Source: a virus. From it: a DNA stretch of 64,000 nt. The notes under the pieces are model-generated. The model was given only the letters and a program-made list of their open reading frames with translations. It did no database searches and was not told the DNA's origin. The first letter of the stretch is position 1. Each line of letters starts with the position of its first letter. A program made the translations under genes and the position numbers. Of the stretch, positions 18,782-27,882 are shown piece after piece. The stretch spans positions 41,626-105,625 of IMG/VR virus record IMGVR_UViG_3300008216_002531; one strand, given 5' to 3'.

Positions 18782-20161
18782 CTACTTCTTTAGAAAAATT
18801 TCCAGATCTTCCGGGGTTCCCAAACCCCACATATTTTCTATTGGGAATATTCTAACCTTTTTATCGTCCTTTATAGCCTCATTGAAAACAGGGCAAACGT
18901 AGAATTCGTTATTCACACGCCTGTCTGCTGCTATCATCTGCTCTGCATATTTAACGTAGTCGCTACCCTTGGCCCAGTAGTATATTCCAACCGTTGCGTT
19001 ATTGCTGATAGGCTTCTTCTCTGCCACCTCTGTTACGAATCCGCTGTCGTCAACTTTGGCAAAGCTCCATTTGGGATGCACGGAGTCGAACGTAAGTATT
19101 CCGCCGTCCACGCCGTCTGCTTGCATAGCATACAAAAACTCATTACTGTCCCAGTCTACGAATTGGTCTGAATTGGCTGTCAAGAGAGGCTCATCATTGT
19201 CAATAAACTCTTTGGCGAGCAACGTAGTGCACGCTGCCCCCTCTGTTATACCATCCACCTGTACAATTTGGCAACTTGGAGAAATTAGGTGTAACAAATA
19301 TTGCAAATTATATTTTTCGTAGTGTTCTTTTTGCACAATAAATATGTGCTCGGCGTCTACGTTGATGTTTTCTACCACAAGCTGGATCATTGGTTTTCCG
19401 CCCACCTCTATGAGTGGTTTTGGAAAGGTGTATCCTGCCTGTTCAAATCTCGAACCAGCCCCCGCCATTGGGATTAGAACCTTCATATTGCCCCCCTGCC
19501 ATTTAGGTTTTAGGAATCTAGATTTATTTGTTTTGTTAGCCTTCGCTATGCTGTTGTTAATATTTTCCTGCGTTACATCTTCTAAACCCTTCACACCCAT
19601 AACATGGGCACCAGATTCGCTAGCCGCTTTTCTGCCGACATGAGAATCTTCTATAATCAGGCATTCTTTTGGGTTGACTCCCGCTTTTACCATACAGAGC
19701 AAGTAAATCTCTGAGTGGGGCTTAGGAGACTGCACATCTTCGTTTGAGAAGTATTCATCGATATGCTCCATGTATCCGGCGCATAGAAGCATAAGCTTTA
19801 CACTATGTCTGATAGAATTAGAGGCGCAGTATATCTGATAGCCTTTTCTTTTTAATACCTCTAATACTTTAGTAATACGCTTGTGGTCGCTTATTTCAAC
19901 TTTTTCCTTTATAACATCGGCGGTACATTCTTGTTTTCTTTGCCATATTTCTTTATAAGTTTCTTTTGGCAAACCTTTCTCTTTAGTCAATATCTCTAGT
20001 TTTTTTCTTGTGGGTAGACCATCATAGGTGGAGAGGTGTTCTTCTCTACTAATGATATATTGGTCATCGATGGAAGCTAGCGCTCTATTGAAAGCGTGAT
20101 AGTGTATATCTCTAGCTTCTACTAGAACACCATCCAAATCGAAAATAACCAGTTTAATCAT
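18782..20161 (-). CDS. HAD phosphatase fused to sugar-phosphate nucleotidyltransferase
   Basis: FDLDGVL...KPH...IEDS; then IPMAGAGSRF...PKPLI...EKKPIS...LGTPEDL. Confidence 0.85.
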   Translation of the reverse strand: MIKLVIFDLDGVLVEARDIHYHAFNRALASIDDQYIISREEHLSTYDGLPTRKKLEILTKEKGLPKETYKEIWQRKQECTADVIKEKVEISDHKRITKVLEVLKRKGYQIYCASNSIRHSVKLMLLCAGYMEHIDEYFSNEDVQSPKPHSEIYLLCMVKAGVNPKECLIIEDSHVGRKAASESGAHVMGVKGLEDVTQENINNSIAKANKTNKSRFLKPKWQGGNMKVLIPMAGAGSRFEQAGYTFPKPLIEVGGKPMIQLVVENINVDAEHIFIVQKEHYEKYNLQYLLHLISPSCQIVQVDGITEGAACTTLLAKEFIDNDEPLLTANSDQFVDWDSNEFLYAMQADGVDGGILTFDSVHPKWSFAKVDDSGFVTEVAEKKPISNNATVGIYYWAKGSDYVKYAEQMIAADRRVNNEFYVCPVFNEAIKDDKKVRIFPIENMWGLGTPEDLEIFLKK

Positions 20162-20901
20162 GTAGATAGATCTCTTCTAATATAAGTATTGCTCATCAAA
20201 TAATGAGCAATCGCAGGAAGAATCGGATCTTTATAATGTGTTAGTTCTACGGCGGAATGAGTATTCATTACGTACTTGTACTTTTCTCTTATTCTGTCAG
20301 ACCACTCGACATCCTCTGCCTGACCCCACACCACGTCCTCGTTTAGAGGTTCTTCTTGCATTACATGTTTCTTAGCAACCCAATATCCGCCAGAAATATA
20401 CATGTATTTAGTATCTTTATAATCATACGGCGGAAAAAATGATCGCCCTTCTCTTATTTTTCCTCCCGGTGGACACCACGGCTCCTTTTGAACCCATCCG
20501 GGCTTAACTCTTGGATCGTCTAGCACCACCCAGTCTCTGTATCTAGCCCCATTGTAATTTTTGACGACGTTCATAGCGATGTCCCAGTCGTCACCAAATT
20601 TTAGCCACCCTTTGTAGAATCCTCGCACCGGCCTGATATAGTCATGTGTGTATACAATAATATCATGCTTGGCTTCTTCTGTGATTATATTTTTTTTGCG
20701 AGTGATCCAACCCTTCTTAACAGTTTCATCAAATTTTATTACGCGGGTATTTTTTCTCTCCCATGCAAAATCGCCAACAATAATAATCTCATATTCGGGT
20801 ATATTTTCTTCTTCGATAGCGTCAATGATTTGGTTTACTTTCGGGACATTGTCTGTTCCATCGTGACCGCTGTATGTAACAATCCCGAATGTTAGTTTCA
20901 T
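20158..20901 (-). CDS. Glycosyltransferase (GT-A like)
   Basis: GWITRKKN, HDY, EDVEWS. Confidence 0.65.
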   Translation of the reverse strand: MKLTFGIVTYSGHDGTDNVPKVNQIIDAIEEENIPEYEIIIVGDFAWERKNTRVIKFDETVKKGWITRKKNIITEEAKHDIIVYTHDYIRPVRGFYKGWLKFGDDWDIAMNVVKNYNGARYRDWVVLDDPRVKPGWVQKEPWCPPGGKIREGRSFFPPYDYKDTKYMYISGGYWVAKKHVMQEEPLNEDVVWGQAEDVEWSDRIREKYKYVMNTHSAVELTHYKDPILPAIAHYLMSNTYIRRDLST

Positions 20902-21959
20902 ACTTCAATCCCCATCATCTTTTTTACCTGTTCGTATACCGCCAGACATCTCTCTGATTCATCTTCTAGGCCAAACTCGCGAAGCATCTTGGACACCCTG
21001 TGAAAATATGTGTGATCATTCATAACGGTTTTATATCCTCTTCTGATATAAGGAAGTCTTTCATCGGGATATCTCACAAAATGGTCAACAAGCTCGTGAA
21101 ATTCTTCGGCGGTGTCTGCAAAAACAATTTCGTCGTTGGTGAAAATATCATCCTTCATTGATTGAACATGGTCAGAAATACAAAAAGACCTATTAGACAA
21201 AATCTTGAAAGTTCTTTCGTTTATATCAAAGCCGAAGTCTGTGGCATGTGGCTCACTGACGTTTGGACAGATTTTAGAAGAAGACAAAAGATGTTTGACC
21301 TGATCATCATTAATCCAACCCATATAGTGGGCACCGGGCCATCCTTGGTTTCCAAAAAACTTTACATTGTACTTGCCGACCGGGTGGGTTAAAGGCATCA
21401 GATACCTGTCTATGTTCTGCGCTTTGTAGGGCCAATACCCACCAACAAACGACACGTCGCATTCATATTCTGGCTTGAATACGCCTCTGGTATACATAAA
21501 TATATCAGCGCCATTCATTATGGATACTGTCCTACAGCCAGCTTCCTCCCACCCATTGTGTGTTTTTCCCACCCAGTTGTCGTGATAATAGATGTGTAAG
21601 AAGTCGGGCTTTCCCGTTTCCGTTTTCAGTTTTTCTACAAGCTTTTTCTCTTCTTCATTAGCAAACAAAACGCCATATTGGTCAGGATTTATTTCGTTTT
21701 GCATATCACCCCAGTCAGAGCCTTTCATCATGACTTTTAGGTGCGGCCTTTCTTTTATGCATTTATATAAGGCGTCATCTAAATTGTATGTCTGCCCAAA
21801 GAACATGTCTGGTTCGAATTCGTCAAAAGCATCAAAAGCATTTTTTTTATGTATGTCCCATAAAGTTGCCTCATACCCCATGGAGTCAAAAACCTTGCCC
21901 CACCCCATTCTAATATGGTAGTGTGCGTGAGGGCCATCGCTTGAAATCATTACTTTCAT
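20898..21959 (-). CDS. CgeB-family glycosyltransferase
   Basis: DVSFVGG, SSKICPN, NERTF, HTYFHR. Confidence 0.75.
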   Translation of the reverse strand: MKVMISSDGPHAHYHIRMGWGKVFDSMGYEATLWDIHKKNAFDAFDEFEPDMFFGQTYNLDDALYKCIKERPHLKVMMKGSDWGDMQNEINPDQYGVLFANEEEKKLVEKLKTETGKPDFLHIYYHDNWVGKTHNGWEEAGCRTVSIMNGADIFMYTRGVFKPEYECDVSFVGGYWPYKAQNIDRYLMPLTHPVGKYNVKFFGNQGWPGAHYMGWINDDQVKHLLSSSKICPNVSEPHATDFGFDINERTFKILSNRSFCISDHVQSMKDDIFTNDEIVFADTAEEFHELVDHFVRYPDERLPYIRRGYKTVMNDHTYFHRVSKMLREFGLEDESERCLAVYEQVKKMMGIEV

Positions 21960-21960
21960 T

Positions 21961-22692
21961 TTATTTATCCCAGCGCGGAATATCTTTTATAGAATCCACT
22001 TCTGTTATTTGCATTCCCTTTGGTTCATCCGCCAGTATGCGTCCACCATTTTCAATTACCATGTTTAATATTTCGAATGTATACCTTTTATTATTTTCCC
22101 TATCGTTGCAAAATGTCGTAAAAAGATCCAGTTCTTTACCCGTTAGGTAGACTATTTGCGCCCATTTGGCAGGCAGCCCGTATGAAAAATGCACGACGCT
22201 GTCTTCGACAATCGTGACTCCTATCTCGTTTTTTTGAAATCTGCTTTGTGTGTCTATTAAAGCGCAAGACCCACATTGTGTAAGATTTTGCAAAGTAAAA
22301 ACATTGAATATCAAATCCCCATTGATAATTATAATATCGTTATTCACGGCATTATTTAATGATAGCCTTATGCTTTCTACCATATTTGTTTCAGAATAAA
22401 GCTGGTTTTCAACAATTCTAACCTCTTTTGAAACAGCCTTTACCACTCTGTCAGATTCAAAGCCGGTAGCTACAATTATTTCACAATGAGGATATACCTT
22501 TTTAACGTTGCTAATTATCTTGTTTAGAATGGTGGATCCGTTTGATGTAGGAAGCAAACACTTTGGCCCATAGGATTTCATCCTACTCCCTAGCCCGGCG
22601 GCGGGTATTATTACACTTACAAGCTTGTGTTCTGATTTTCCAGCGTCTAACGCTCTAGCGGGAGCTATGAATCGAGAATTTTTTTTAACCAT
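21961..22692 (-). CDS. Nucleotidyltransferase (LicC/cytidylyltransferase-like)
   Basis: IIPAAGLGSRM...PKCLL, N..Y.ETN, NGDLIF, EVD. Confidence 0.75.
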   Translation of the reverse strand: MVKKNSRFIAPARALDAGKSEHKLVSVIIPAAGLGSRMKSYGPKCLLPTSNGSTILNKIISNVKKVYPHCEIIVATGFESDRVVKAVSKEVRIVENQLYSETNMVESIRLSLNNAVNNDIIIINGDLIFNVFTLQNLTQCGSCALIDTQSRFQKNEIGVTIVEDSVVHFSYGLPAKWAQIVYLTGKELDLFTTFCNDRENNKRYTFEILNMVIENGGRILADEPKGMQITEVDSIKDIPRWDK

Positions 22693-23506
22693 TCATCCTC
22701 TTGTTCATTTTAGACATCATATACTGGAAATTATTATAGAACACCTCGGGCGTGACGTTTGTGGTTTGGTTATACCCTGTGATAGTTGCCTTAGCCAAAG
22801 ATTCCGGTATGTGGACAATCATAAATTGTTCGCTTATTCTAATCCATAAATCGTAGTCTTCTGAACAACCTATGAATTCTCCTGTTGCTGGCCCATGAAG
22901 ATTAACATCGTAAAATCCCGTTGCTTCGTTTGTAGCGGCAAGCGCCAACTTATTTATGAGAGCATTGCTGTGAACAATACATTCACTCATAAGAACATCT
23001 TTGTTGTAGGGCTGTTTATACTCCCTTACAATTTTTCCAGTACTTAGGTCGTGTATATCGTAGTCTGCATAGACCACTCCAATTTTTACAGGATCTTCTA
23101 AAAGCTTTTGCGCCATACGGCTGACTTTGTTTGGATAATATTCGTCATCAGCGTCAAGTATTGCAAATGCATGCGTTTCTTCCCAAGCATATTGTATCCC
23201 CGTGTTTCTTGCCGAGCTAGCCCCTTTATTTTCTTGATGGATAGCAATAAACTTTTGATTCGGATGGTCTCCTTCAGACTCTATTACCAGCATATCGTCT
23301 ACAGTTTTTACTTCTCCACCAACTCTTTTTTGTATGATTTCCCAAGAATCATCTGTGGAGCCATCATTAACTATACATATTTGTAGTTTGCCGGGATAAT
23401 TTTGACCAGCGGCGCTATTTATAGCTGTCTCTACGTGGTTGCCGTAATTATAATTTGCAATTACGATTGTTATAACGGGTAGATCGTTTTCATTCATAGT
23501 ATTCAT
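22685..23506 (-). CDS. GT2 glycosyltransferase
   Basis: IANYNY, VNDGSTD, GASSARN, LDADD, EDYDLW. Confidence 0.9.
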   Translation of the reverse strand: MNTMNENDLPVITIVIANYNYGNHVETAINSAAGQNYPGKLQICIVNDGSTDDSWEIIQKRVGGEVKTVDDMLVIESEGDHPNQKFIAIHQENKGASSARNTGIQYAWEETHAFAILDADDEYYPNKVSRMAQKLLEDPVKIGVVYADYDIHDLSTGKIVREYKQPYNKDVLMSECIVHSNALINKLALAATNEATGFYDVNLHGPATGEFIGCSEDYDLWIRISEQFMIVHIPESLAKATITGYNQTTNVTPEVFYNNFQYMMSKMNKRMNG

Positions 23507-24278
23507 TCCAAGACTTTACGAATGATTCGCGATCTGTATCTTTTGCGAACATCTCTATCTTTTCTAGTATAGACATCTTACTGTTACTGCCACGTAGGAA
23601 TTTATGAACTACGCACTGTATTGTTAAGCCATTTAAATCGTCTTTAGGCTTAATCATACTGATTGCTTCAAGGTTGAAATTTACTGCTTCATTTAGTTTG
23701 AGTATAAAATTATGGGGAATGCTCGACCCAGATCTGAATACTGAGTAATATCCATTTGTACACTTTATAAAAGCTTCGTCTATCATGGCTAGTTCTTCGC
23801 TCTTACTTTCAATCATTGTCACAATATAAAACGAAACATCAACCCTGTCAAGATATTCATGTGTTTTATGTCTAACATCAAATCCGTCTTTAATCTCTGG
23901 GTCTTGCACTACTACGATTACAGAAGCTGGCTTGTTGGATTGGGACGCGATGTCGGTCAGCGTTTTTTCTAGATCTTCCATAGTCGATTCTACTAGATGT
24001 AGGACTATGAAATTGACTGGAATAGAAGTTTCTAACAATATTTGCTGTTTTGGATCATCAACACTGTCGCCCCACTGGGAATCCCTGTAGCACTGACAAA
24101 ACCTATCTATAATGTAGAATTCTTCAGATTCGTCTTCTGCTTCTTTTACTATCGCCCCCGCGTTCTTAAAAACCTCAAGCTTATTCAATTCACAACCAAT
24201 CTGCGTGATACCAATTTTTTGAGCAAAAAAACATCCTTTACAGGACGATATCATTTTATTATCGCTAATATCTGTCAT
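23490..24278 (-). CDS. Hypothetical protein (degenerate GT-A like, N-terminal Cys cluster)
   Basis: CKGC...C...C; LEKTL..I..Q..KP..VIVV. Confidence 0.35.
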   Translation of the reverse strand: MTDISDNKMISSCKGCFFAQKIGITQIGCELNKLEVFKNAGAIVKEAEDESEEFYIIDRFCQCYRDSQWGDSVDDPKQQILLETSIPVNFIVLHLVESTMEDLEKTLTDIASQSNKPASVIVVVQDPEIKDGFDVRHKTHEYLDRVDVSFYIVTMIESKSEELAMIDEAFIKCTNGYYSVFRSGSSIPHNFILKLNEAVNFNLEAISMIKPKDDLNGLTIQCVVHKFLRGSNSKMSILEKIEMFAKDTDRESFVKSWNEYYE

Positions 24279-24745
24279 GGTCTAACCGCCTCTACTATCA
24301 TTTTGAACCCGCTGACTCTCTTTTTCAGAATCTTTAAACCGTGTTCTTCTAGAGTTTTTGCCAAGTCAGTAGCGGTGGTGTGGCTCGCCTTAAACTCCCA
24401 AGGGTTATTTTGTTTCCCGTGTAGGACGTTAGAGATTTCTTCTGCGCTAATTCCCTGTTGAGATATGATTTTAGCTATTTCATAAATATCATGACCACCT
24501 ATGGCTATTCTCCCCTTGTGTCTCAATTTTGTAACCCAGTGGCCAATAGCTTTAGCAACCACCTCTTTAGGAAGATAGTCGATAACATCTCCCGCTAAAA
24601 TTTCAGTAGCTTCTGCATCTCCCACTATATCATTTAGATCGGTGATATCGCCATTAACAACATCCTCTTTGTCATAGCTGTGCGGATCTACATTGGTATA
24701 ACCAGAAAGAGGACTTCCATTGCCCCACATCAAATTTATCCTCAT
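24275..24745 (-). CDS. Methyltransferase-like protein
   Basis: INL.WG....GYTNVD...GDI...EILA.DVIDYL. Confidence 0.5.
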   Translation of the reverse strand: MRINLMWGNGSPLSGYTNVDPHSYDKEDVVNGDITDLNDIVGDAEATEILAGDVIDYLPKEVVAKAIGHWVTKLRHKGRIAIGGHDIYEIAKIISQQGISAEEISNVLHGKQNNPWEFKASHTTATDLAKTLEEHGLKILKKRVSGFKMIVEAVRP

Positions 24746-25467
24746 TGATTTCTCCTTATCGCAGCCAGCGCGTTAAATGGACTCGTTTTACCTCTAACCC
24801 ACGTCTTTAAATTTGTTTCTTTAAAATGTAGAATATCCTTCTTGACTGGTATATTAACCAGACTAAAATCTTGATTGTTTTCTAGTATGTAAGATACCGC
24901 TTCGTCTAATCTAAAGTCTTCATGATCGTTTTGAAATAATTCATCATAATCGTGTTTTTCGGATATGCTATCTGTTAAACGGGGTGAGACATCGTGAAAC
25001 GCAATTGTCGCATCTTCTGTTAACCAAGGCAGGACTTTATTAAAATCATTTACAACCTGTTTGAAAGAATGAAACCCATCTATAAAAACAAAACTTAGCG
25101 GATTTCCATTATAATGTTCTTCTAGATTATTGCTGTCGCATTCAATCTTTTTAGAGACCATTGAAAACCCGCCCATTTTATATACATTCTTATCAAACAT
25201 TCCATACTTGTCAAAATCACAATCTACAGAATATACAGTTGGGTGGTTTTCAACAAGCATCCGTCTTGCTAGGCACATTAGAACCGCTGATCCTCCGCAG
25301 AACGACCCAATTTCCATCCAGTCGGCTCGTGGGCTGGAGTTTAAAGTCAGCCATAAAAGACACTCCTGTTCATTAGGCCACAGGCCAATAGCATTAGGCA
25401 TCCAATGAGAAAGTATTCCAAATCTCTTGAACTGATAGATCAAAGTAAAAATTTTATCTTCATGCAT
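24742..25467 (-). CDS. Class I SAM methyltransferase (Methyltransf_24-like)
   Basis: MEIGSFCGGS, FIDGFHSF...D, IAFHD. Confidence 0.8.
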   Translation of the reverse strand: MHEDKIFTLIYQFKRFGILSHWMPNAIGLWPNEQECLLWLTLNSSPRADWMEIGSFCGGSAVLMCLARRMLVENHPTVYSVDCDFDKYGMFDKNVYKMGGFSMVSKKIECDSNNLEEHYNGNPLSFVFIDGFHSFKQVVNDFNKVLPWLTEDATIAFHDVSPRLTDSISEKHDYDELFQNDHEDFRLDEAVSYILENNQDFSLVNIPVKKDILHFKETNLKTWVRGKTSPFNALAAIRRNQ

Positions 25468-26461
25468 CTACTATGTTCCAGAATACATTGTTCCATTCAG
25501 AAACGAATCTATCCATACTGAATTTTTCTTTTATGGTTTGTCTTGCGGCCTGTCCTAGTTTTCTACAAAGATCAGGATCATTAAGCAATAAGACCATGTA
25601 TTCGCGCATTTCATTTTCATCGTTTGTGCAAAAACCATTTACGCCATTTTCAATAATTTCTGGTATGAGGCAGGTGGCGGTAGACACTATGGCGCACCCA
25701 CAAGCCATAGCTTCTAACAGAGAGCAAGGAACTGGAGAATGAGTAGATGTATTAACAAATATTTGGGATTCAGAATAATCTTGCCTGAGAGCCTCTAGTG
25801 ACTCAGCCGGTACAGACAATCCGGGGGTGTCTCCAACCACATGACATGGCAGCCCATTTGCCGTTCTTTCCCAAATTTTATAACCGCAACACCAATCTCT
25901 ATTCACCCAATCATTGACAACAGACATCATTCTTTGTTGTCGTTCAGAATCTGTAGGTTTCCAAAAATCAACATCTACCCCGTGATATACTGTTGTCGCA
26001 TTGTTTACACTGTCACCCCAAGCGTCTTGATTGTAGTCAGATATAAAAACGCTTAAGTCGCAGGGTAGGTTGCTATAAAAATTAATCTCTTCTGGTGCCC
26101 AAACGGTGGGAGGTAAAGTGTGCCACAAGTTAATCAAAGGCACTCGAAAGAACCCAGCCAATTGGCTGGCTAGGGAATATTGAGCCATAACATTTTGACA
26201 AAGAACCAGATCAATATCGATGTGGAGAGGGATGGGATTCTCGTTGACATCCGAATTTAAAATATGGTAGTTGTCTGGTATTTTGGCGTATTGTGTCTTC
26301 CAACTCCTGATCCCCTCTCCAGACAAGGAATAAAACTCGTGTCCGGTCTTGCACAAGTTTGGCTCATATCTTTCATGGGTAACAAAAGTTAATATATTGA
26401 GAGGCTCGCCATCTTGTCTGGTTGCGGCTCTCGTGATAGTAGATAAAGGGCTAACCGGCAT
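25460..26461 (-). CDS. GT4 glycosyltransferase
   Basis: HGVD, FVNTS, SLLEAMACG, EIIENGVNG. Confidence 0.85.
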   Translation of the reverse strand: MPVSPLSTITRAATRQDGEPLNILTFVTHERYEPNLCKTGHEFYSLSGEGIRSWKTQYAKIPDNYHILNSDVNENPIPLHIDIDLVLCQNVMAQYSLASQLAGFFRVPLINLWHTLPPTVWAPEEINFYSNLPCDLSVFISDYNQDAWGDSVNNATTVYHGVDVDFWKPTDSERQQRMMSVVNDWVNRDWCCGYKIWERTANGLPCHVVGDTPGLSVPAESLEALRQDYSESQIFVNTSTHSPVPCSLLEAMACGCAIVSTATCLIPEIIENGVNGFCTNDENEMREYMVLLLNDPDLCRKLGQAARQTIKEKFSMDRFVSEWNNVFWNIVDA

Positions 26462-27584
26462 TTTCTAATTCTTTTTTAATGAGAAGTCCTACGTTTTTAT
26501 AAGAGTACTGCTCCGCTGACAATCTTCCTTGTTTTTTAGCTTCCGAATAGGCGGCTTTGTCATTTTTCCACATTTCAAACACGCCTCTCATTTCCTTTTG
26601 TAAAGCCCTAATATCAATCCCCCACCAGTTTTCATGTCCTGTATAGATGTCTGAAAAAGTTTCTAGCATACCAAAAACTGGTTCTTTTCTAGTCGGAACC
26701 AAGGAGCCACCACCATTTTTCATAAACTCTGACGGACCTCCTACGTCTGAGCATATAGGAGTATTGCCAAAGCCCATGGCGTCAAAGGCGGGTATGCACC
26801 AAGCCTCTCCATAGCTAGGCATCACGAAGCAGTCGCACGTATTGTGCAGGCTAAGAAGTTCTTCTTCTGTTATATGGTCTGTTACTATTAATTCATACTT
26901 ATACTTATCAATAGACGGGTATAGCTTGAGATTTTCTTTTATCCTGTTACACATGCTTTTAACATGTTCCATAGTTTCTGTTGGCTCTGTGTTGTATTTT
27001 GTAGCCTTGATCATCAGGGAAACGTCTTCTGATATATCAAATTCTAGGTGGAAGGCTTTAATTAAAGCGACCAGATTTTTTCTTCTGACCAGATCTCCAA
27101 TAAAATAAAATGAAAACGTATTATTTAAATCTGGGATATTGAAAACTGGGCGAGCTTGATCAAATTTACTAGTGTCGGAGGCACACGGAATGGTTTTGAT
27201 GGGTATTGAGACACCACTATTTCGTGAGGCCTGAGCCATTTGGTCGCAGGCGACCCAAGCTTCATCCATCATATTAATTCTCTGTGGCCAAACAGAGTTA
27301 GTAAACGAGTCTGTTTCAGTGAAGTACATCGCTATGTTTTTATCAAAATGGCCGTTATAATCAAGGTAGTGCGGGAGAACATTTTGTATGCAAATATTAG
27401 CCCCTCTGAGCGGCTTCTGTTCAAGCTCAATTATTCTTTCGGGGATTTCGTAATTATTCTCGTTAAGTTTTATGGGGCGACACACCACATCTAGACCCAC
27501 ATGATCCATTGCTAGAATGTAATCAATCGCTGCTTGACCCCAGCCAGTGCCATCTCTATAACAGCCTATAAATAATACTTTCAT
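26451..27584 (-). CDS. GT4 glycosyltransferase
   Basis: TGWG, RKN, DCFVMPSYGEAWCIP..DAM..G. Confidence 0.85.
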   Translation of the reverse strand: MKVLFIGCYRDGTGWGQAAIDYILAMDHVGLDVVCRPIKLNENNYEIPERIIELEQKPLRGANICIQNVLPHYLDYNGHFDKNIAMYFTETDSFTNSVWPQRINMMDEAWVACDQMAQASRNSGVSIPIKTIPCASDTSKFDQARPVFNIPDLNNTFSFYFIGDLVRRKNLVALIKAFHLEFDISEDVSLMIKATKYNTEPTETMEHVKSMCNRIKENLKLYPSIDKYKYELIVTDHITEEELLSLHNTCDCFVMPSYGEAWCIPAFDAMGFGNTPICSDVGGPSEFMKNGGGSLVPTRKEPVFGMLETFSDIYTGHENWWGIDIRALQKEMRGVFEMWKNDKAAYSEAKKQGRLSAEQYSYKNVGLLIKKELENAG

Positions 27585-27597
27585 TTCTTCTATCTAT

Positions 27598-27882
27598 CTA
27601 AAAGTCAAAAAAAGCTACGCACTGTTCGCCTTCTTCTGTGAACCGCATACTGCAAGACTTGTTCATGAATTTAAGAAGCTCTTCGGGCGATAAACCTTTA
27701 ATGATGTAGCTACCTTCAGTATACTTTTTCTCAAAACTTGTGACGTGTAAATCTCCAGTTTTGGAGTGAGAAGCTCTTGCAGAAGCAAGATCGCTACTGA
27801 AAGAATTCCATTCTACAGAAACTGTTACTTCGTTGTCAAACGTTATTTCAAATCCGGTCTTGTCTTTAAACACTTGAAACAT
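27598..27882 (-). CDS. Hypothetical protein
   Basis: ORF fits operon packing. Confidence 0.45.
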   Translation of the reverse strand: MFQVFKDKTGFEITFDNEVTVSVEWNSFSSDLASARASHSKTGDLHVTSFEKKYTEGSYIIKGLSPEELLKFMNKSCSMRFTEEGEQCVAFFDF

